Below the pieces are notes generated by a model. That model was not told where the DNA came from and did not search any database. It saw only the letters and a list, made by a program, of their open reading frames with translations. A program made the position numbers and the translations under genes. This document shows, in pieces, positions 37,880 through 51,530 of a DNA stretch of 64,000 bases. How positions within the stretch are numbered: the first letter of the stretch is position 1; each line of letters begins with the position of its first letter. Source of the stretch: Camelus ferus (taxonomy: Eukaryota); the NCBI RefSeq assembly GCF_009834535.1, contig NC_045696.1, forward strand, positions 97,032,001 through 97,096,000, written 5' to 3'.

Positions 37880-38130
37880 GAATGTTAGCATTAGAAAGGG
37901 ACTTAGAGAGCCTTTTATTCAATCTCTTATTTTATACGGGACACCAGCTACAATAATTACCATTGCGAGTGTATAAATGTATCACCCTATTTAATCCTAA
38001 CAGCCCTAGGGTGCGTCATCCCCCTTTGGCAGATGGGGAAACTGAGGCAGAGACAGGTGAAGTAGCTTGCTCAAGGGGAAGTCATAGAGGCTGGATTCAA
38101 ACTCAGGTTCCTATTAATTCAAACCTCAGG
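37880..38130 (-). mobile_element. MIR SINE(s)
   Basis: tttaatcctaacagccctagg...ggcagatggggaaactgaggcagag...cttgctcaagg...ggattcaaactcagg. Confidence 0.75.
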
Positions 38131-39469
38131 TTAGAGAACCTCCAACAATTGGCCTCGTTAGCCTGCCCTGGGTCAAGTGGATGGCTGCTACCTGCCTGGC
38201 TTTATCCACTCCTTCCTTGTGACATGTCTCCCCCTCACACTGGTCTCAGGTTGTCCTGGAGTGGCTGTCGTGATCCAAGATGAATCTGCCTTGGTCCCAA
38301 AGGGCTGCAGCCAGGGCCTCCCCAGACATGCATGCTGGGCTGCATCTGTCGCTAATGGGATTTCCAGATTTCTGCCTCTTGATGAGGCCCCTACTTGGCA
38401 GCCTTACATATCTGTGAATCTAATGTGTGTAGTCATGCTCCTCAGCTGTTCCAACCTGGTAAAAAAGCGATGATGTCTGTGGTCAGGTTAGCTCTGAGGG
38501 CAGACTCACTGTAGAAGAAATGTCCCGCTTAGCAAGGCTTGGCTTATCTGAGTCCGTCTTTGCAGGGCTGAAGCCACCTTGAGAATGCAGCATGTAATAT
38601 GATAATAGTGCCTCTGGACACACCCAACTCTCATATTCCTTAGTTCCAAGCACTTCCTACATTATTTCTTCATACTTGAACTTCCTTAGGGGTATCTTTT
38701 CCCTTTTCCCCTCTTTTCTCTTAAGTGACATATAGTAACAGGTCACTGTCCTGTTCAACTTTGTTTTCTTTGTATGTTACCTAGCATAGGGCATTAAACT
38801 TTGAAAATCAACCAATAATTATCAAATGCAAATAGGAATAACCTGTACCAAAGCCCTTTTGTCTCCTCGGCCCATGTAGTGGACTTTGGCATTTCTCAGC
38901 TACCCACACCCATTCTGTATCCCAACACACCCACTTGCCCTTTTTGAGGATTCTCTCTCCCTCCTGGTGTGAGATCTTAGTAATCAATAAGTCCAAGCAC
39001 CCACTTCCTCTGGGGGAAATCTCGATCTCACAGAGCTGTGGTGTGTATTTAATGAGTTAATTCAGAGTAGCATCTAAAACATGCAGTAACTGCCCAGCAA
39101 GTATTAGCACTTCCACCTGCTGTTATTGTTCTTCTTCGTCTCGTTCTTGTTTGCCTTCTCATTTTTTGTTGTTATTATTAGATTGCTATCCTCCCATGGC
39201 AGCCAGGATAAGGGCATTGGACCTGAACTTGGCCACTCAGACGCTTTCTCCTGGCATGTTGAATGCTGTATGGTTGACACAGGACAGAAGATAGAATTGT
39301 TTCTTTTTTTAAAATTGTGAAATACAACGACCCTTATGGAAGAGTAAATAAAACCACATGAAAGATTTACAAATAATGGAAAACGTGCCCATGTAGCACC
39401 ACTGTCAAGATGATCAGCCTTCTATAGTCTCCTCTGTGTCCTTCACCAATTGAAACCCTCTCCTTCCCT

Positions 39470-39640
39470 CAGGGATGGCTTCATGGGTATGTGACCTGTG
39501 CACAGGGCTCCATGCTCAGAGGTGTCCCATGCTTGGTTTAATGCTTCACGGTTGCCATCTTGAAATCCCTTATAATCTCTGAACAAGCAGTCCTGCATTT
39601 TCCTTTTGCATTGGGTCCTGCAATGATGTAGCTGGTCCTA
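39470..39640. mobile_element. MER45A-like hAT-Tip100 MITE, within an old L1ME-type fragment (about 39300-39720)
   Basis: cagggatggcttcatgggtatgtgacctgtgcacagggctccatgctcag...gcattttccttttgcattgggtcctgcaatgatgtagctggtccta. Confidence 0.85.
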
Positions 39641-41059
39641 TCTTACACTTCTTAGGTAACTATTAGCCTGAATTTTATGAAGATGATTTTTCTGCCTTTA
39701 AAAAAATAATTTCACCACGTACGTGTGCATCTGGAGCTCTTCATCTTCGTGGTATTCTCCGACATCCTTTTTCTACTAGAAAGCCTACCAATCCTGCAAT
39801 TCCTGTTTCACAGCCTTCGGAGATGCCCTGTTTATTTCCTTTCAATATTCTCCCAATACATTTTATTTCGCTTAGGTTTGCCAGCTTTGATTTCTGTCGC
39901 TTGCAATCAAAGCAACACGATGGGCACAGTCTGCTACTAAAAGACTCTTGATAGAGAAAAAGACAGTGTTTAATAGATTTTTGTTTTGCTTCTTTCTGCA
40001 CATACCCCAAAGTTTGATGGGCGTTCTACAGATCTGAGATTTATCTAAAAAAAAAAAACCAACTAACATCTAACTTGACAAATTCTTGTTCTCTAGCAGA
40101 AGAAATTGAAACTTGAAGTTGTGAAAGCAGTTACATATATTTAGAAGAATTTCTTCAGGACAGGCCATGAAGCCCAAAGTACCTGCCAATGACACACCTT
40201 TTTTTTTTTTTTTTCTTTCCCCAAATGGTTGCTTTGAGTAGCTAATGGAGCACTATGCTTTGGAGAACTCCTCCCCTGACATGTGGTTGCATTAGGAACC
40301 CCCCCCCCCACCACCACCACCACAACCCCAGCTGCGTGTGTATTCCTATCCTCCTAACCACAGTGAGTAGTGTAGGGATAGACATGTGACCCAGAAGGAA
40401 CCTGTAATAATCCTCCCTAGGAGTTTTCTGCTTTAGCTATCGGGGGGAGGATTGCTGGTCCTTGGGGATCCTGGAGTGACACAGGCTAGGGCGGCCAAGG
40501 TGTGGGGAGAACTTTCCTACAGCAGTGGAGACTGGGGCCACCATATAAATGGTGGTAAGCAGGAGCCATGAGGCACGCAGGGTGTTGATAATTGATGGTG
40601 GCATAAAAGCAGAGGCAGAGAAATACTGGCTACCAGATTGTTTTGAGCCTCCTTGGTGGCTGTGGTGTCTTGAGGAACATTTCAGTGCTCCATGAAGCTT
40701 GCTTTTATCACTGTCAAGATGGTTCCCTCTGCTTCCCTGTTTCCCTGTGTGTCCTAAGACAAACTTCCAACACCTGTCTCAGCCTCTCCCATCAGAATTG
40801 GTGCCTATAATGAAACACATTTACAAATCCTGCACTTGGTAATTTGATCTGAGACCCTAAAAAGGAACCTTCTGCAGACTCACTGTGCTTAACCAACCAT
40901 TATTCTTACTAACTGTGGAGTTTCTCTAAGTCTCAGTGCCTGCAGCACAGTGGTGAGTGAAGACAGCTCAAAGCCAGCATCAAAACGGTAACCCAAAGAA
41001 GGCGATCAGCAAGAACTGCCTGCAACATTGGAATACTGACCTGGGGAGTCTTGAAGTCT

Positions 41060-41650
41060 TTTTTCTTCATCTCCACTCTCCCTATTTATGTCAGGCTGCT
41101 AGACCCCTCAGCCTGAATTGAGGCTGGTCTCCCTGCTTGCAATCTTTGTTCCTCTCAACTCCATTCTTCACAGAGCAATGGAAACAAAAATTGTAAAATT
41201 AATATTAAAGTGGCCATCCATTGCTCTCGGAATATGGCTGCAAATTCTTAGTGTGCATTTGAGATTGTTTACGACTGTGGCCCTTGTTTACTTCTCCAGC
41301 CTTGTTCTCACTACCTCTCCCCCACCTCCATCCCATCGCTTACACGCCCTGCTCCAGAGCCACACCTTCTCCCCTGAACTCACTCTTTTGCCTTCTCACT
41401 TTTTACATGAATTTCCTCACCCCTACCCCTTACTGTTTCCTACTCTTTCTTAAGGGTTTAGTTTTAATGTCTTTTCCTCCAAGAGATTTTCCCTGAGCCC
41501 CAAAGACTGTGGTTCACAATCATGCGCTGTAGATGCCTTTATTTTAAACTGTAGACTTCTTTAAGTTGAATGACTCTTTAATTTGTCTGTTTCTAACTTG
41601 GCTGTAAGTTTCTTGAGGGTGACTGGTACACGGTTGGTGCACAAATGAAT
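41060..41650 (+). mobile_element. L2 fragment
   Basis: ctggtctccctgcttgc...ccattcttcacagagc...ttggctgtaagtttcttgagggt...acaaatgaatg. Confidence 0.65.
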
Positions 41651-42309
41651 GTAGATTAGAAGAAACAGTGGAACACATCTACTTCTGTAGCCAGAGCCCA
41701 AGGCTATGGTGTGGGTAAAGAGAGATCAGAAAATTGGACAAGAATCTGGGACAAAATGCGGGCCAGGGCCCCAACCACTAGTCTAACAAGACCACTAAGA
41801 ACCATAAATTACTTGGTAAACTACCACCTTAATCCGACAAATCCACCCATTTTCTTTTCTTGCATATTTTAACTGCATTAGAAGAAATTAATAGTCCATC
41901 CCAGTCTGTCAATACTTACATGTCAGACAAATTGCCTGTTTCATCATTTCTTAAACAAACAAACAAAAATTAATCCAAATCACAGTCAAGCTTGGATGTC
42001 TGTTGAGTTGTATGAGATGTACTAGAATCTTGGCTTGGGATTCCATTAATTGAAATTGAACTGGTGGAAGAACAAAGTGCAAATAGTTAAGCAGATTCCT
42101 TAAATTCTGCTAAAACAGGAGTAAAAATAAAAAAATCAGAAACGTCACCTCCATCCTGGCCAACGTGGGAAGCACAGATAGGTAGATGACAGTATATTTT
42201 GAATTTATAAAAGAATGTTGGTTTGTTTTCTCTTTTCATTTGAAAAGACTTCCTTTCTTCAGGAAACCCTAACTCAATAAGGAGACCCTGATATAAGCAA
42301 GTGGAATGC

Positions 42310-42500
42310 GGTTGAAAGAGCATTGAACTGACAGTGGGATTCTGGGTAAGCCACTTGACCTCTTGAAGTCCCAGTTTCATCTGTGAAATGGGCATAATGA
42401 TAAGAACTGAGCCTTCCCTGCCTACTGAGAGACACTACAGGAGAGAGTGTTTCAGAAACAGCTTTGCAAAAGCCAAAGCCTTCTGCAAATGCAAGGCAGC
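42310..42500 (+). mobile_element. MIR SINE
   Basis: gggtaagccacttgacctcttgaagtcccagtttcatctgtgaaatgggcataatgataag. Confidence 0.7.
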
Positions 42501-43565
42501 ATTAACCCTACCTAGCATGACCTACAGAAAACAAAGCCAGGGAAACTGAGTCAGTAAGCATCAGATTTGGGAGAAGTGTTTCTGAGCAGAAATCATGAGG
42601 TCAAATTTATGATACTAATAAGCAGTAGGGAAGCACAGGAATCACGTTTTCTTTGATCAAATTAATTATTTTGAGTGAATTCCCCTTCATCAATTGTGCT
42701 ATAATGTTTTGGGGTATCTCAGGCAGTTTTGTACAATCTCGTGTTGTGTTTATTGCTCATCATTAAATTGTTCACCGATTAAATCAATAAATTAGTGATG
42801 TAGTTGCAGGAACTGAGGTTTCCCTTTCTCTTCAGCACAGAGAGGGGACACAGAAAGAATGTTCAAGAATGTTTCTGTCTAGGTCTCAAGTAAAGGTGGC
42901 CGTAGTTCCAGTTAGTGAGGGACTCAAGAAAATCACGGGGCAGGCACGTAGCTACAACCCTTTACTGCAGCAGACATCAGCAATCCATCACAGCACCTTT
43001 CCCCTCAAGCCTGGAGATGGCCTCAGAACCCTTCCCAGTACAATGGTAACTTGATCAGATCGGGGTGAAATCCATTTGTCATGCCTGGTCTAGGCATTGA
43101 TCAGAGATGTGACTCTTCAAAATTCAGCTGTTAAGCTGCTATTAGGTGATGCCCTAATGTCCTACTGAGAAAATAAACCAGCAACTTACGGGTTTGTGGC
43201 TTATCCTTTCATTTTCAGAACACTTCTTGGTTGTACTTAATTCAAAGCAAAGCGAACAGGGTAGCAGAGTTAAACCAACACGCCGGGTTGTAATCCCATA
43301 GAAGTTCCTCTCTCTTCTTCCAGGCACACAGGATATTTGATCCTTCTAATGCCATTAGCTGTTGGCTTCAAACAACTGTGAAGAAGAGGAGGAAACCTGA
43401 CACTTTAGTTGGATGGTGTTTATACAGATGTAGCTTCTTCCTTAGCATATTTGGTTAAGAGGAGCCCTAGGAGCTGGGGGCTGAATCTCAGGAATGTGTA
43501 AATAAAGTGACATTGACACAGACCTTTAGGACCATTTGCAAGCCCCATTCTAACCCCACTTAGAG

Positions 43566-44073
43566 CAGAGGTTCTTAATCTTTATTGGGCATGGGCCCCT
43601 TTGGCAGTCTGCTGAAGTTTATGAACCTTGCTTAGAATATTGTCTTTAAAGGAAATATAAGAAAACATACTTGGTTATAAAGCAATCTGATTATATTGAA
43701 ATACAGTTACTGGAATTTTTTTTAAATCTGTGATATAGTAATTAATAGTATGTGCTTCTTTATTAAGCATGAAGTATCTAACTGCAGCTCAAATACCTAC
43801 CATGATTTTGGAGTAAAGATGAGAGCAAATACTTTGAGATATCTGGGACAACTGTAATGTTCTATAGAATTATCAGTGATTCTTACCAGTGACAAAGTCC
43901 CAGGTATGGATTGAATATTACTACTGTGGTTTGTGAGCACATTTAAAATAGGAAAATTGCTAAGTTTCAGAAAGAGATTAGTAAAAATAAAGACAGAATT
44001 TTTTCCTGTATCCAGCTAGTCAGTTCATGAACCCTCTGAAATGGTGTCCTGGAATCCCAGTTACAAACCTTGG
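43566..44073. mobile_element. Charlie4a-like hAT DNA transposon, apparently full length (~508 bp)
   Basis: Termini cagaggttcttaatc ... gttacaaaccttgg. Internal ttatattgaaatacagtta and tttgagatatctg..caactgtaatg. 8-bp TSD acttagag (43558-43565) / acttagac (44074-44081). Confidence 0.85.
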
Positions 44074-44439
44074 ACTTAGACAAACTTGGACACAGGGAAT
44101 CTCTGGCTATCGGGGCAACATCACTACCTCTAGCTTCTCATTTGGAGAATATCTTTCACAAAAAAAAAAGGGGGGGGGAGTGGTCCTCTACAGATTGCTT
44201 TGCTTTGTTGTGAGACCACCATGCTCTTCTCTAGGGTCAGAGCTTTCCCTCGAGAGTGGCTCACAGCTTAAACACATTCTCCGGCATAGAAACTGTGCAT
44301 CCATTGTAGATGTGAGGAAATGAGAGCCTAAGTAGGTTAAGTGACCTGAACTCCAGAGCCAGACAGAAGGAAAGGCCATCAAACACTGCAGCCTCTGATT
44401 TCTAGAGCTGGAAGAAAGTTCTGTTATTTATGGTCATTT

Positions 44440-45154
44440 TCTTTTCTTTGTTTGTTTGTTTGTTAAGTATAGTTGATTTACAGTGTTGTGTTAGTTTTAG
44501 GTGTGTGGCAAAGTGATTCAATTATACATATATGTATATATATTATATATATACTCTTTTTCAGATTCTTTTACATTATAGGTTATTACAAGATAGTGAA
44601 TGTAATTCCCTGTGCTATAGAGTAGGTCCTTGTTGTTTATCTATTTTATGTATAATACTGTATTTATGTTAATCCCAAACTCCTAATTTAGCCCTCCCCC
44701 TTTCCCCTTTGGTAATCATAGTTTGTTTTCTATGTCTGTGAGTCTATTTCTGGTTTGTAAATAAGTTCATTTGTATCTTTTTTTTTTTAGATTCCACATA
44801 TAAGTGATATGATATTTGTTTTTCTCTGTCTGACTTACTTAACTGTGATAATCTAGGTCCATCCATGTTGCTGCAAATGGCATGATTTCATTCTTCTTTA
44901 TGGCTGAGTAATATTCCATTTTGTGTGTGTATGTGTGTATATATATATATATCTCACATCTTCTCTATCCAGTCATCTGTTGATGGACATTTAGGTTGCT
45001 TCCATGTCTTGGCTATTGTAAATAGTGCTGCTATGAACACTGAGGTGCATGTATCTTTTCAAATTAGAGTCTTCTCCAGATATATGGCCAGGAGTAGGAT
45101 TGCTGGATCTCATGGTAACTCTGTTTTCAGTTTTTTAAGGAATCTCCATACTGT
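44440..45154 (-). mobile_element. Cetartiodactyl-type L1 3' end, 5'-truncated, inserted next to a MIR (about 44290-44410)
   Basis: T-rich tail; agtatagttgatttacagtgttgtg...ttcagattcttttacattataggttattacaag...ggattgctggatctcatggtaactctg...gaatctccatactgt. Confidence 0.92.
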
Positions 45155-45949
45155 AATTTTCTATCCCTGGCAAGTTGAAGGGTTAAGAAGGCTGGAAGCT
45201 CTCTCTAAATCTGACTTGAACCAGAGGTCCAGGAAAAGATTCTCAAGTATAATCAGGGACTCCTCACCAAGTGAGGTGGATGGGACAGAGCACCAAACCT
45301 AGAACTTTTCTATAGGGGAAACTCTAAAGAACTAGATGACACCCTAAGCTCATCTAGTATTGGTGTGACGTCTCTAACATGGTATCGCTGAAGCGCTGTT
45401 AGTGCTAGATACTTCTGTTTTGTGGTTGGTTTTGTGCTGGATCAAATGAAATCACAGATGTGTGGGTGGAGGTGGGAGCTGAGTAAGAGGAACTGTTTCA
45501 GAAAACACTACCCTTGGGTACGAGCCTCTGACACAACATTATAATTTAAACTCACATTAGAATTGATATTATATTCTCTATGACAGCATTAAAGTTGATA
45601 AATGATTTATTTTAATGGCAATTTCAGTTATTTATTTGTAGGTAATCACAAAAGGGCTCCCCAGAATTACTTAATACTAGAAAAATAACTCTGGGAGAAA
45701 AGCAAATTAACCACTCTCTTCTAACAATGAGGGAGCCAGCAAACAAGCCTGGTACTCCTAGTCCACTGACTCACTTTGGCTTTTTCATTTTTGTGTTATT
45801 CATGGTGACAGTTGCAGGGTTGGGCTTCTGGGGCATCTTGGTTTCCCCTGGAGTTAGGTGAGTGTCCAGAATGCAGGAATGTGGGAATGAAGACTATGAA
45901 CAAAGAGTTTAGAGCACCCCTCTGAAGAACTTTGTCTTTCTATTTGATT

Positions 45950-46380
45950 GCTTTCCCCTCTATTGGAAAAATAATTACCAAAGTACTACATGCTCAGGTA
46001 AAAATGTGAAAAAAAAAGTAAGTAAAAAATAAAGTGGGTTTAATAAGAAGTGAAAGTCCCTCTTCCTTTGCCATCTTCCCTCCCCCAGAAGTTGAATATC
46101 TTTCTAGAACTTTTTCTGTGTGTTTATGCATGTGTATGTATGTAAATACACAGAAAACACATAAAGACCCAATAATATATATTTCTTTACAAAAATGGGA
46201 ACATATTATACATATTTTCCTATGACACTTTTTTACTTAACAAAATTGCTTAGGTATCTGTTTGCGCATATAGAGCTAGCTTATTCTTTTTAATGACTAC
46301 ATAATATTCCATAATATAGATGGATGTACCATATTTGTTTAACAATTTCCATCCTGCGCATGGATAGTCAGGTTGTTTGC
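45950..46380 (-). mobile_element. Old L1ME-type fragment
   Basis: acaaaaatgggaacatattatacata...ttattctttttaatgactacataatattccataatatagatggatgtaccata. Confidence 0.65.
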
Positions 46381-46614
46381 AGGTTGAGTTTTTATTGGTT
46401 GGTTTTGTTGCTATCAAAGACAGTATTCCAATATTGTATCTTCTTTAAACTGCAGAAAAAATCCTACCCCAAGATTTTTTTTTCTTTCTCCCTGCAGAGA
46501 TCAGAGTGCAGGTGGGTAGGAGAGGACAGGGAGAGGATGTAATCTTTTTTCTTCTGCATGATCACCTCCTTCCCATCTCCCACCTGAGTTCCCAACCACA
46601 GTCTACAAAAAGAG

Positions 46615-46630
46615 AGCGCCCTCTGCTGGG
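46615..46630 (-). promoter_or_regulatory. CTCF core motif
   Basis: Minus strand CCCAGCAGAGGGCGCT, a near-consensus match to CCASYAGRKGGCRS. Binding is not shown. Confidence 0.6.
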
Positions 46631-48229
46631 AGTGCTCTTCCCTTCCTCCCTTTCACCCTAGTAACTTCATTCTGCAAGTCACATCTCACATTTTATCTCC
46701 CCAAGGCCCCACCGTACTACCAAGGGAGGTGAAGGGACCTTCATCTGTGCTCCCATGACCCTCTCTGCATCTCCTATCATTTTAAAGTGACCTGTCTATA
46801 CGCCTGGCCCCTGAGGTGAGGGAAGGAACTCACTGTGTTCACCGTGTATTCTGAGCCCCTAGTACCATGATTAGCACATATCAGGGGCCCAGTGACACAA
46901 CTGGAGCCCTGAACTGAAGGACCTCCAGGTAAGCAGCTCCTGACATAGTGCACACTTGGTCTGGTTACCTTGCAGTCAGCGTGGAAGTAGATTATGAATC
47001 ACCTGGACAGCATCTGAGCATGGAACAAGATGTACGGACCTGAGTAGCATTGTGGAAAGGTTACAACAACACAAATCTCACCGCATTCACCAGCCCCTCC
47101 TCCTCAGAGCCTTCCCGCACACTCATCACATCCACGGGGATGGCTTTGATCTGGCGGTAGGCTCCAGTACACTGAAAAAAAAGCAAAGACCTGTTCTGCA
47201 GGTTCTATTTTTAATTTTTATTAAAACTGTTACCTGTGCCCTGCCCGAGAGCTCTCAGGCAGGTTGCTCTCATACAACTGGTGGAGTTCTGCCCTTTCCC
47301 CCGCCGCTGCCGTGCCCATCCCAACTCCTCTGCTAAGACTGGTGGGAGCTGACAGGCTTTCCGATGCCTCCACACTCCCTCCTATTTAAGACAGGGAGGG
47401 CCCCAGCAGGCCCCTGCTGGGACAGAAAAGGAGGGAAGATAAGGCGCACAGAAGGGCTAGACAGAGTCCATCCGAAGCAGCCAGTGGGTCAGGGTTGAGG
47501 CTGACATTTTGGATCCTGAAACTCTAGCCTGTAAGGTATCTCAGGGAATCAGCTAGATAGTATCGGAGACAGAGAGGGTGTGGGGAAATGGATCCCATCT
47601 TATGTAAAGCACAGCACACGCCAGTCCCACCCTTCACCAGATTGCTACCCCCTAACTTGATCTATATAGAAATTCTGGAGTAAACTGGGAATAGGCCACG
47701 ATTTGTCACTTTGGCTCACACAGCTGACCAATAAACTCTGATACTGACACAGCTGGTCCCAACAGTGAGGGAGAAGGAAGAGGGGAGAGCAGAGGAGATG
47801 GAGAAGGGATGATGTGATCGCATCTTCTTATTTGTCATGTTCCAGAGGAGCCAACTGATGCCCAAAAGGTGAAGGGTCAGGCTCAAGGCACTGTGCTGGA
47901 GAGCCAGCCTCTGAGGAGAGCTCAGATCTCTGCCATGCTGGTCTCGGCACTTTTCTGTGGGGCAGGTAGAACAGGCATCTGCCACGTTGCTGGTATAACC
48001 CATGTTTAGTGGAGGGAGGGGTGTACTCTGGCTGAAATGCCGCCTCATCCGACTTGCCAGTTCCCTGTTTATATCAGTTGTACTCTTTGACCTCAAGGTT
48101 GGTTCTTCTATAAATGCAAATACCCTGCAGAGAGACAACACAATCTCACTGGGAACAACTTCATTAAATCCCTTCTGTAAAGCAGATTGAGCAAAGTTTC
48201 AGGCTGATAAGGGCCCGGGGAAGTGTGTG

Positions 48230-48232
<3 letters not shown>

Positions 48233-48265
<33 letters not shown>
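48233..48265. repeat. (TG)n microsatellite
   Basis: Directly visible, about 16 units. Confidence 0.97.
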
Positions 48266-48266
<1 letters not shown>

Positions 48267-51200
48267 CAGGTTTCCAACTCTCCAGAGGGAATATGGTGCC
48301 AAAAGGGAAGAGATGGCTCTGGGTTTACTTTTTGCCTAGAGACCGGGATGACATCAGGGACTGTTCCTTTCAAAGTCTTCCTGGTCACTCTGGCCACAGA
48401 AGTGAGATATGGAGTCACCATAGTTCACATCCTGGGCTGGCGGCTCCTACAGCTGTAAACTCCCACTGACCCAGATTCTTCTTGGCAGCCCACAGGAAGA
48501 TGAGTCTACGCTGATCAGCAGATTAGTTCTTTAAAGTGGAAAACTGCCAGGGAGATGTGTCAGCAGCTCTCTTTGGCAGTAGAAGGTAGCAGAGCCTGCC
48601 TGTCGGGCAAGGTGTATCCTGGGTCAATAGATCATTTCTGGGCTCCCAACGCCACTGCTGGCTCCCATGCATTAAGTAAGTTCCTCCCTTACAGGTGGGT
48701 CCCCAAGATCATTGTCTCACTCCAAAAGCAAGGGTGCCTCTAAACCCTGACAACTGGCCCCATTCCGGTGGCTCTACCTCTAGGTGTTATTCTAGGTTCC
48801 TTCTAAGCCTTGTCAAGTCTTCACGTTTCTCCTGGAATGGAGATGAGGGAGCACAGCGCTGCAGCAGCTGAGCATGCCGGGAGGACTGTCTGAAGCACTC
48901 TGACCGCCTCCTTCTCTTCGTGTCCCTTGTGAGGATGAATAAAAGAAAGCAATGCCTCTGAAGCTCTCTGAGCTCCTAGGGGAGAGGGGTTACGAATGCC
49001 CAGACTCTGTGGTTTATACAGGGCATTTAATAATACCACGAACAGTTAGACTTTCCCCTCCCTGACAGAATTTGATTACATGAATCTCCCAAAGGTCTTC
49101 TCTGACACAGAATTTTCTAAAAGTCAACAAAAGTGGAAAACAGTGCAGTCTTCCAACAATGACTGACCCCAGGCAAGGTTCTGCGAAACCTGGGGGAGGG
49201 GCTGCATGTCCTGTGGGACCAGCAGAATTCTTCCTCTCTGGAAAGTCTCAAAGACAGAGCGGTAATGGGAAACACAAGAGTGAGTTTGACTACTGAGATT
49301 TAATAAGGGCTGACATTTCTATGCCTAATCCTCATCTATATTCCATTATGGTGATTTTTCAAGACAGATCACTAAAACAAGACCCTCTTATGTACATGAG
49401 AGGGGGGCAGAAAGCAAAGGGAGGAAGGAGTGACTATAATCATTATAATAATAAGAGCAATCACGAATAATCCCAGCAAAACTTCTGGAAAAACCAGCCC
49501 CTGGTTTCTACTTCTCAGGAAATGCTCTCTTTGAATTATCTGCTAGGCTCCAGGGAAATCCTAAACTAAGTTCTTTATGTGCTTAAAATATGAAATCTAA
49601 TGTAGAAGTAAACGTTTTAGAAACAGATACACGAAATGACACTGCGAAAAGCTGGGAGAAAAAAGGTTTGGTAAGTCAGCTCTCTCTAAAATATTTCAGT
49701 CTGCCTGGATCTAGACAAGGAAGGAATTTAGAACCCAGCTGCCTGGCTTCTCTCTGTGGCTGCTCAGACCGTCTTCAGTGGCCCTGGTGATTAAAAAACA
49801 AAACAAAACTTATAACTTGCTTCAGAAAGACAAGCACCTCCCATTCATGACTTGTAGAACTCACTGAAAATCGAGGCTAAATTCCTAAGGGCCCAATCAG
49901 TGAGAGACTGCGTATTTCATGTAAAGGCTGCGGGACCATCCACCCTCCGATAGAATGAATAATTTTGTGCTATTTTTGGATGGTGTGGTTCTTTAAAACA
50001 AAGTGATAAATTAAAGCGGCCTAAGTAACGCAACAAAAATGTTAATCTGTTTTAAGGCGAATGGAAAATGTGGTCTTCGTGTACACAGAAAGAGTCAGCA
50101 AATGGAAAGGTTTGGAGTCAGCTCTTGACTGAGTTCAAATGAATTTCAGCCAATCAGTCAGTCTGGTATCGAACTTCGGAAACCACTGTGCCCAGTATTG
50201 TATCTGGGCATGAAGAATTATTACACAGAGTTTTTTGTTTGTTTGTCTCTAATCCCCAGTTAATAGAGAATCTCTTGCTGTAAGAAGGCACATGGTTTGT
50301 TTTTCCATAACACGACCTTACTCGGCCAAGTTCACGTCCCACCTTCTGCAGTTCTCCCAGGCTACTCCAAATGGCCTATTTTGAGTCACCTCTCCCTAGT
50401 GCTCTCCAAGTCCAGGCCCTATTCCTCCACATTTCCCTTAATTAAATCCTACATCCCACACATCCTTCAAGGTCCAGCATGAACCTCCCCCCACCCCGTT
50501 GTTCCTTAATGACTTCAGCCTGTGCTGGTGGCTCCATTTCCTCCTCTCCTATTGCACTTGGGGTCGGACCACACAGATATGTTTAGTTGAGCAGCGGGGA
50601 GAAGGGAGACATCCCAGGAACTGCATGGGCAAAGGCAGATTGAGTGCACCCCAGTGGTGCTGGGGGAGGGGGAGAGTGGGAGAGAATGGGGGGAGCAGGG
50701 AGGAGGAAGATGGTGGGTCCATGTTCAAATCCTGGTCCCTCCACTCCTGAGCTCAGTGATAGTGGGCAAACCATGTCATGTCTGGAAGCCTCGGTTACTC
50801 TAGTCTCAAAGACCTCGCTTGAAAAGTTTTGGGAGTCACTGCCCGTAGTATCTGTAAAACGAATGAATTTGTGCTAAACCCATCTAACCTAAATCAGAGT
50901 TGATCACTGGGATGAGGAGGCGATGAGGAAAGGCAGTTTTGGGAAGGCCTTCTGAATTAGGTCTCCCCAGCCATCCCTCCCATGGTTCCAAGTTCTTTTT
51001 TGTTGTCCTTGCCCTATATCACTTTAAGCTTGGGGAGGTGTATGTATGTGCGGGTGTCTGGTTCCCTCACACACTGCGTGTTCCCATGACAGGGACATGG
51101 TCTTTTCATTTACTGTTGTGTCTCCAGGGCTGAGCCCAGTGCCTCTGTAAGTATGTGTGGGATAAATGAATGAGCTCACCCTCAATGCGCTGGTAGCATT

Positions 51201-51530
51201 TTCAGAAGTACTTAAGAAAGAGTGTTCTGGTAATGGTGTGCTGCATAGATTAGACGGGGTGAGGCTCAGAACCAGAGCTTCAGTCACATCTGAACTGGGG
51301 AAATTTCTGGGATTTGTGGTGGGCACATGTTCTGTTTTGCTGGTGAAGACAACCTTCTTCTCAACCCTAGCAATGGTTTCTACACAGAGGCTCTCCACCA
51401 AAGAGCTTCTGAGGAAGCCCTGCATGTAGCAGCAGCTAGCTTCAGCATGTTTGATTAGGCATGATGTGTCTTAATGTCGAGATTTATTGAGTGCTTAGTA
51501 TGTGCTAGACACTGTCTTAAGAAGGTGACG

